From: Planctomycetota bacterium
GTDB lineage: Bacteria; Planctomycetota; B15-G4; JADJEK01
Direction: 5' to 3'
Assembly (NCBI GenBank): GCA_016709145.1
Contig: JADJEK010000009.1
Span: 126,368 to 190,367 of the forward strand
Length of the DNA: 64,000 bases
In this document: piece after piece, positions 58,136-64,000 of the stretch
Layout: each line of letters opens with the position of its first letter
Position numbering within the stretch: the stretch's first letter is position 1
Made by a program: the position numbers and the translations under genes
The notes under the pieces: model-generated
Seen by the model: only the letters and a program-made list of their open reading frames with translations
Databases searched by the model: none
Told to the model about the DNA's origin: nothing

Positions 58136-59631
58136 TGCTCGCTTGGCTCGTCGGATGGATGCTCGCGCAGGACGCGTCGACGGTTCCGGCGCCGCCGTCC
58201 TCCGTCGTCGCCGCGCGCGAAGCGATCGAAGCGCATGGACCGAGACTGGTGCGGGACGCGGTCGCATTCGTCGACGGGGACGACGACGTCGTCGAGCGCG
58301 CGCTGCAACAGCGAGCGTTCGAAGTCTCGACCGGCGCCGGCGAGGGCTGGATCGTCGCGGTCCGAGCCCGTCCCGATGCGCGGCGGACGATCGGGTTCCT
58401 CGTGTCGACCGAAGACCAGGCGTTCGCGACGCTGCCCGTCGCATCGGGTGGCCCATCGACGGACGGTGTGCTTTGGCGTGATCGCGGGCGCGGAGCCGTC
58501 GAAGGCGTGCTCCCGCCGCAGGACGGCGAGGCGGTCGATCGCACGCTGCGCTTCGAGGAGGGGGCGAGCGCCGGGAGGTTCGAACTCGCGGCGCTGCTCG
58601 CGGCGATCGACGCGCTCGACGCCGCAGGCATCGGTCCCGCGTCGAACCTCGTCGTCGCGATCGATCGCACGAATCGGCTCGAGGGCTGGGACGAGCTCGC
58701 GGCGCGCGACGTCCCGCTGACCGCCGAGCATGCCGCGGATCTGTGGTGCGTGTTCGCGGGCGCGCCGTTGCCGACGTCGCGCGCGACCGTGGCGTTCGGC
58801 GCGCGAGGCCGCGTCGACGTCGAGCTGACGTTCGACGTGGCCGGCGCGACCGCGGAGCTCGGCACGTACGGCGGCATCGTGCATAACGCCGCGCAGGTGC
58901 TCGCGACCGAGATCGCGGCGCTGCGCAACGAACGCGGCTCGGTCCAGGTCGCCGGCTTCTACGACGATGGCGAGGTGCCGACGGACCACGACTTGATCGG
59001 TCAGGCGCTCGAAGCCGCGCCCGACGTCGAATCGACGTTGAAGGACGCGTTCCGCATCGACGAAGTCGAACTCCCCGGCGTCGGCATGAACGGGCTCGCG
59101 CTGCGGCCATCGCTCGAAGTCGTCGCGCTCGACGCGGGTCGTGCGTTCGGCGACTCGCGTGCGTTCGTCGCGGGTCGAGCGAGCGCACAGTTGCGCGCGT
59201 TCACGATTCCCGGGCAGACGCGCGAACAGGTCGCTTCGCGACTGCGTGAGCATTTCGGCATGCGTGGATTCGTCGTCCGCGATGCGCCGCTGTCGGGAAC
59301 TCGAGTCGAACGCCACCGCATCGCGGCCTGCGTCGTGTCGGATCGCGGCTTCGACGCGCAACGCATGTCGCTCGACCAGGCGATCGTGATGCCGCTGTTC
59401 CAGGCCGTGTTCGCGATCGAACGCAAGCCCCCGGTCATCGCGCCGTCGCTGCCGGCCGCGCTCGATCTGGCGATCCTGCCGCTGAAGCCAGGCGGCGCGC
59501 GCGTGCTGCTGCCGCAAGGCAACGACTCGATGAGTCGGCTGCCGCCGCGCGTGCGCGAGAGCGGGACGGTTGGGGCTTATTTTCGGTGCGTCGAGACGGT
59601 TGCCGGCGTGCTCGAAGTCGGCGGTCGGTGA
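58135..59631 (+). CDS. hypothetical protein (weak resemblance to peptidase M20-like dimerisation architecture; function uncertain)
   Basis: ATGA overlap with crcB. 498 aa. No clear catalytic motif recognised. Confidence 0.45.
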   Translation: MLAWLVGWMLAQDASTVPAPPSSVVAAREAIEAHGPRLVRDAVAFVDGDDDVVERALQQRAFEVSTGAGEGWIVAVRARPDARRTIGFLVSTEDQAFATLPVASGGPSTDGVLWRDRGRGAVEGVLPPQDGEAVDRTLRFEEGASAGRFELAALLAAIDALDAAGIGPASNLVVAIDRTNRLEGWDELAARDVPLTAEHAADLWCVFAGAPLPTSRATVAFGARGRVDVELTFDVAGATAELGTYGGIVHNAAQVLATEIAALRNERGSVQVAGFYDDGEVPTDHDLIGQALEAAPDVESTLKDAFRIDEVELPGVGMNGLALRPSLEVVALDAGRAFGDSRAFVAGRASAQLRAFTIPGQTREQVASRLREHFGMRGFVVRDAPLSGTRVERHRIAACVVSDRGFDAQRMSLDQAIVMPLFQAVFAIERKPPVIAPSLPAALDLAILPLKPGGARVLLPQGNDSMSRLPPRVRESGTVGAYFRCVETVAGVLEVGGR

Positions 59632-59668
59632 CGCGACGGAGCGACGGACGCGAGGGACGCGAGGGACG
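59632..59668. repeat. short array (about 3.5 copies) of the 9-nt GGGACGMGA unit (array C), adjacent to a REP-like hairpin
   Basis: Directly after the upstream stop codon. Confidence 0.75.
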
Positions 59669-59670
59669 CG

Positions 59671-59705
59671 AAGGGTTCAGGGACTGACCCCGCATCGGGG
59701 TCTGT
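59671..59705. repeat. REP-like hairpin variant (GGGACTGACCCCG / CGGGGTCTGTCCCC) ending in the CCCCGTCATGC tail shared with the other REPs
   Basis: Near-perfect inverted repeat in the sequence. Confidence 0.6.
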
Positions 59706-59781
59706 CCCCGTCATGCGCCCGTCATGCGTTCGCGTTCCGTCGCCGTCGAGCACACCTCTTGAGTCCGGCGGCTGCGCCGCC

Positions 59782-61095
59782 TCAGTCGATCTCGGGCGCC
59801 ACGTTCTCGCCGCCGGTCGTGAACACGTTGGCGGTGAACGTCGCGGTGCCGTCGTTCGCGAGGTCGAGGCGGCTCTGCTTCGCGTCGTTGTCGGTGATCG
59901 TCGCGTTCGCTCCCGAGTTCTCGATGCCCTCGGCGAGGCAGCGGCGCACGACGTTGTTCGTCACGACCGCGGCTGTGGCCTGGGCACCGACATCGATGCC
60001 GTCGCGTCCGCAGTCCTTGATCGTGTTGTCGTCGACGACGATCGCGCCGCCATTGCCGAGCGCGATACGGATCCCGTCGCCGCCGAGGCGCGACAGGACG
60101 TTGTCGGCCACGGTGACGTCGGAGGCTGCGTCGATCAGGATTCCAGCGGTGCCGAGCGACCCGCACCGCTGGACCTTGTTGTTCCGGACCGAACCGATCG
60201 CCGATGGCCCGATGCGGATCGCGGTCCCGTTGGAGTCCCGGATCGAGTTCTTGCGGATGTCGCAGGTCCCGAGATCGACGTCGATAGCGGAATTGGAGTC
60301 CTTGAACGTCCGACGGATCGTGTTGTCGGTGAGCGTCATCAGCGCACCCGAGACCAGGAACGCGCGCCGCGTGCCGTCGACCGAGTTCTTGCGGACGGTG
60401 ATCGTGCCGCCGACGGCGACGTCGACGCAGTCCGTCGAGATGTCCTTGAAGCGGCAGTCGACGACGTCCAGAGAGCCGACGAGGTCGCCGCCGACACCAT
60501 CACCGCTGATGTTCGTGAACGAGCACCCGACGATGACCGCCGACCCCGGGCCGTCGAGTTGAATCGAGTCGAAGCCGAGTTCGAACGCGCAGTCGACCAC
60601 GCGAGCGAGCCCCGAGCCCGAGATGCGGATACCCAGACCGGAACCGACGAACTTGCAGTCCTCGATCGTCGGATCGGCTCCGGTCGTCTCGATGCTGCGG
60701 AATTCGCACGCGAGGAATCGGCACTTGCGGATCCGTGGTCGATTCCCGCTGACCGAGATGCCGTGCCCGGGGTCAGCGTCAGTGACCGGATTCCGGATCG
60801 TGAGTCCCGAGACCTCGACATCGTCGGACGCGATCGTGAGCGCGATTCCGCCGTTTTGGTCGAACCCGTCGAGGATCGCGCCCGGCTTCGCCTTGATCCG
60901 CAGTCCGTCCTTGCCCACCGGCACGACGACGCGTTCGTCGAACACGCCGGCTTTGACCACGATCACGTCTCCGGCCGCCGCGGCGTCGACACCGGCTTGG
61001 ATCGAGTCGATCGGTCCGTTCTTCGCGACTTCGATCACCGCCGCGGACAGCGGACCGCAGCTCAGCGACAGGATGATCATGGGGGCGAGTTTCAT
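59782..61095 (-). CDS. secreted right-handed beta-helix repeat protein (paralog 1)
   Basis: Start at MKLAPMIILSLSCGPLSAA with an AGGAGA Shine-Dalgarno. Parallel beta-helix repeats. C-terminal FTTGGENVAPEID. Confidence 0.65.
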   Translation of the reverse strand: MKLAPMIILSLSCGPLSAAVIEVAKNGPIDSIQAGVDAAAAGDVIVVKAGVFDERVVVPVGKDGLRIKAKPGAILDGFDQNGGIALTIASDDVEVSGLTIRNPVTDADPGHGISVSGNRPRIRKCRFLACEFRSIETTGADPTIEDCKFVGSGLGIRISGSGLARVVDCAFELGFDSIQLDGPGSAVIVGCSFTNISGDGVGGDLVGSLDVVDCRFKDISTDCVDVAVGGTITVRKNSVDGTRRAFLVSGALMTLTDNTIRRTFKDSNSAIDVDLGTCDIRKNSIRDSNGTAIRIGPSAIGSVRNNKVQRCGSLGTAGILIDAASDVTVADNVLSRLGGDGIRIALGNGGAIVVDDNTIKDCGRDGIDVGAQATAAVVTNNVVRRCLAEGIENSGANATITDNDAKQSRLDLANDGTATFTANVFTTGGENVAPEID

Positions 61096-61132
61096 CGGGG
61101 TCTCCTGGGTTCGCGAGGGGCGAAGCAGTCGG

Positions 61133-62476
61133 TCAGTCGATCTTGGGCGCAACGTTTTCGCCGCCGGTCGTGAACGACACGGCGACGAGGGTCAGCGTGC
61201 CGTCGTTCGTGACGTCGATGCGGTTCTTCTGGAACACTCCGTTCGACGCGGTGGTCGACGGACCGCTGTTGTCGAGGCCCTCGGCGCCGCAGAACTTGGC
61301 GGCGCATCCGTCGAGCGTCACGTTGGCGGCCGTGGCATCGACGTCGAAGCCGTCCTTGCCGCAGCGCACCGCGAGGCAGCCCTCGAGGTTCACGCCGTCG
61401 GCCGCGACGAGGAACCCGTCCCCGGCGACGTCGATCGCGGAGCAGTCGACGAGTTGGCAGCCGTCGCCCTCGATGAGGAACGACGCCAAGAAGAGCGAGG
61501 GGGTCGAGCGGCGAACGACGTTCGCCACGACGATCGCGTTCGTCGCCGTTGCTTGGATGTCGATCGCCGTTCCGCCGACGGCTTGGAGGCGATTGCCTTC
61601 GATCGTCGCGCCGATGGAATTGCGGACGTTCAGCGCGGACGAGTTCGACGCAGCTCCGTCGATGACGTTGTCGCGGATCACGAGCCCGTCCCCGCGCACG
61701 CTGATCCCGCCGCCACCGCGCTTGATCGAGCATTTTTCCACGAGGAGATTCGCGGCTCTCATCGAGACCGCGTTGCCTTCGAGGTGCTCGAACTTGCAGG
61801 ACTTGACGACGGTTCCATCGTTCGTGTCGGAGAACGAGCCCCGGAAACCGGTGACGCCGCCACGCACGATGCACTTCGAAAATGTGGCCACGGCTTCGTC
61901 CAGCAGATCCGCTGCTCGATCGGTGTTGGAGTCGAACGTGACCTTCTCCACGAGTGCGACGCCGGTCGTCGAACCGACGACGATCCCGATGTCGTTCGCC
62001 ACGAGTTTCGACGACCTCACGACTGCGTCCGGTCCGAGCAGAATGATCCCCGAGTCGACGCATCCCGTGATCAGGCAGTTCTGGATCCTGCACCGTTCGC
62101 CGGTCACGCGAATCCCGTCGCCGGGGTTGCCGGCGGCTGGCGTCGCGTTGCGCACGGCGAAGCCCCGCACCACGACGTCGTTCGACGCGACTTGGATGCC
62201 CGCGCCTGCGGCAACACCTCCCGCGGGAAGCGCGTCGAGGACGACTTTGCCGGTCGCTGCGAGGTTGAGACCGTCCTTTCCGACCGGGATGGTGACGTTC
62301 TCGAAGTAGATCCCGCCGGCGACGCGGACCGTGTCGCCGGCCGCAGCGCTATCGACTCCCGCTTGGATCGTCGAAAGCGGGCCGTTCTTCGAGACCTTGA
62401 TGACGGCGGCGTCGGTCGAGTTCGTGGCCAGGAGCAAGAGCGCGCACGCGGGAAGGACGACTTTGGAACAGCGCAT
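61133..62476 (-). CDS. secreted right-handed beta-helix repeat protein (paralog 2)
   Basis: Start at MRCSKVVLPACALLLLATNS with an AGGAGG Shine-Dalgarno. Same architecture as paralog 1. C-terminal FTTGGENVAPKID. Confidence 0.65.
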   Translation of the reverse strand: MRCSKVVLPACALLLLATNSTDAAVIKVSKNGPLSTIQAGVDSAAAGDTVRVAGGIYFENVTIPVGKDGLNLAATGKVVLDALPAGGVAAGAGIQVASNDVVVRGFAVRNATPAAGNPGDGIRVTGERCRIQNCLITGCVDSGIILLGPDAVVRSSKLVANDIGIVVGSTTGVALVEKVTFDSNTDRAADLLDEAVATFSKCIVRGGVTGFRGSFSDTNDGTVVKSCKFEHLEGNAVSMRAANLLVEKCSIKRGGGGISVRGDGLVIRDNVIDGAASNSSALNVRNSIGATIEGNRLQAVGGTAIDIQATATNAIVVANVVRRSTPSLFLASFLIEGDGCQLVDCSAIDVAGDGFLVAADGVNLEGCLAVRCGKDGFDVDATAANVTLDGCAAKFCGAEGLDNSGPSTTASNGVFQKNRIDVTNDGTLTLVAVSFTTGGENVAPKID

Positions 62477-62584
62477 CTCGGGAGCCTCCTGCGTCGGCGA
62501 ACGAGCGCAAGCTCGGCACGGGGACGCAGGATCGACCACGCAGTAGGTGGAGCTTGGCGACACGGAATTTGGGAAAAGTGGGAT

Positions 62585-62695
62585 CGAAGGGACGCGAGGG
62601 ACGCGAGGGACGATGGGGACGACGAGGGACGACGAGGGACGCGAGGGACGACGAGGGACGCAAGGGACGCGGGGGACCGCAGGGACGCCTTGGAC
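62585..62695. repeat. tandem array (about 12 copies) of the 9-nt GGGACGMGA unit (array D) in a divergent promoter region
   Basis: Lies between the start of the minus-strand beta-helix gene (62476) and the plus-strand gene starting at 62800. Confidence 0.85.
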
Positions 62696-62799
62696 CTCGA
62701 TCTGTCGGCGGAGTCACAGTCCACGCCGGGGCTGGAACCCCGCGCGACCGAGGACACAATGACCGCGCCCTCGGAGTTCGCAGTCGGTTGGAGCCCTCG

Positions 62800-64000
62800 A
62801 TGCGCTTCCCTCTCGCGTTCGCAGTCGCGTTGCCGTGTCTCGGCGCCCTGATCGGCGACGACGACGCCCGGCCCGCGGTCGCGCCGGCCGAGCGCACCGA
62901 GCCCGATCCCGTGTACTTCGAAGAGCGCGTTCAGCCGCTGCTGGTGAACTCGTGCGCGATCACCGGCTGCCACGACCAACCCGGCGCCGGGCGACTGATC
63001 CTCGAGCGCCCCGACTTCACCGGACGCGTTTCCGTGGCCGGGACCGCGAAGAACCTCGAGACCGCGCTCCAGTTCGTCACGTTCAAGGCGCCGATGGAGA
63101 GCCGCCTGCTGCTGAAGCCGCTGGTGAAGCGCGACGGCGGGCTCGACCACAGCGGACACCACTACGACTTCACGAAGAAGTCCGAGAAGTTCCGGCTCCT
63201 GTCCGAGTGGATCGATGGCGTCGAGTTGCACGACGTGCCGCCGATCGCCGACGCCGGGCCGGCCATCAGCGCGAAGGTCGCGCAGCGCGTCGAACTCGAC
63301 GGCGACGGCAGCCGCGAGCGGCGTGGTCTGCCGCTGAACTACTCCTGGTCGATCGTGTCGCGGCCCGACGGCAGCGTGCCGTTGCTGAAGGCCGCCGATA
63401 GCGCGCGCCCCGAGTTCCGCGGCGACAAAGAAGGCTCGTACACCCTCGCGCTCGTCGTCGACAACGGCACGCTGTCGAGCGAGGCGGACACGGTCACGAT
63501 CACGCTCGACGCGTTGCCGATCGTCCTGCTCGACGCCGAGCGGTTCCGCAGCGCCGACGCGTTCCACTCCGTGCGCGACGCGGCGGCTTCCGGCGGACTC
63601 GCGCTCGACGTCGGCCAAGAGATCAGCGCGCGCACCGAGGCCGTGGCGACGTACGAGTTCGTCGTGCCTGAAGGCGCCGCCTATCGCCTGTTCGCGCGCG
63701 TCGCGTCGCGCTCGAGCGCGGTGATGCCGCTGACGTTTTCGATCGACGACGCGGAGCCCGACGCGATCGAGGTCGCACCGGGGCCCGGCTACCAACTCAT
63801 GCAAGTCGGTGGCGACGGTGAGCAAGGGCGGCTCGAAGGTGCTGCGCTCTCGCTTTCGTCGGGCGATGGTGCGATCCGCGACGGCCGCCTCGTGCTGCGT
63901 GGCAGTCCGAAATCACCGGCGGTCGGCGTGCTCGACGTCCGCGCGCGCACTGCATCGATGCGCGTGCTCGGTCGCGTCGATCAAGGTGCATCGCTGCTGG
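62800..64000 (+). CDS. PSCyt (planctomycete cytochrome-c-like, DUF1549-type N-terminus) domain-containing secreted protein; 3' end outside the window
   Basis: ATG preceded by GGAG. Signal peptide MRFPLAFAVALPCLGALIG. YFEERVQPLLVNSCAITGCH motif characteristic of PSCyt/DUF1549 N-termini. Frame stays open to the window end. Confidence 0.6.
   Translation, partial: MRFPLAFAVALPCLGALIGDDDARPAVAPAERTEPDPVYFEERVQPLLVNSCAITGCHDQPGAGRLILERPDFTGRVSVAGTAKNLETALQFVTFKAPMESRLLLKPLVKRDGGLDHSGHHYDFTKKSEKFRLLSEWIDGVELHDVPPIADAGPAISAKVAQRVELDGDGSRERRGLPLNYSWSIVSRPDGSVPLLKAADSARPEFRGDKEGSYTLALVVDNGTLSSEADTVTITLDALPIVLLDAERFRSADAFHSVRDAAASGGLALDVGQEISARTEAVATYEFVVPEGAAYRLFARVASRSSAVMPLTFSIDDAEPDAIEVAPGPGYQLMQVGGDGEQGRLEGAALSLSSGDGAIRDGRLVLRGSPKSPAVGVLDVRARTASMRVLGRVDQGASLL

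Overview
This 64-kb window is high-GC (about 70%) bacterial chromosomal DNA with dense, mostly co-directional operons. The gene content (an N-terminal PSCyt/DUF1549-type domain, two ECF sigma factors, one paired with a Ser/Thr kinase fused to an FGE-sulfatase domain, and many secreted beta-helix proteins) points to Planctomycetota or a related PVC lineage; this is inference. Recognisable blocks are: a complete, translationally coupled trans-4-hydroxyproline catabolic operon (2.8-9.0 kb); a lower-GC (about 55-60%) two-gene island encoding a Schlafen/AlbA_2-type ATPase and an orphan ParA-like ATPase (9.1-11.3 kb); housekeeping genes rlmD, icd and an MbfA-like iron transporter; a nucleoside scavenging cluster in which deoA carries an in-frame TAA; a REP-associated tyrosine transposase (RAYT) flanked by REP doublets (REPINs); and a second ECF sigma with a Ser/Thr kinase fused to an FGE-sulfatase domain. 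The most unusual locus is an ECF sigma factor gene overlapping (ATGA) a 1586-aa protein that joins an anti-sigma-like cytoplasmic N-terminus and transmembrane segments to a full alpha-2-macroglobulin thioester protease trap (23.6-28.9 kb). The window also carries three families of short dispersed repeats: REP hairpins, tandem arrays of a 9-mer (GGGACGMGA) at four intergenic loci, and tandem arrays of a 12-mer (CCGTCACCCGGG) at two loci in opposite orientation. No rRNA, tRNA or CRISPR was recognised.
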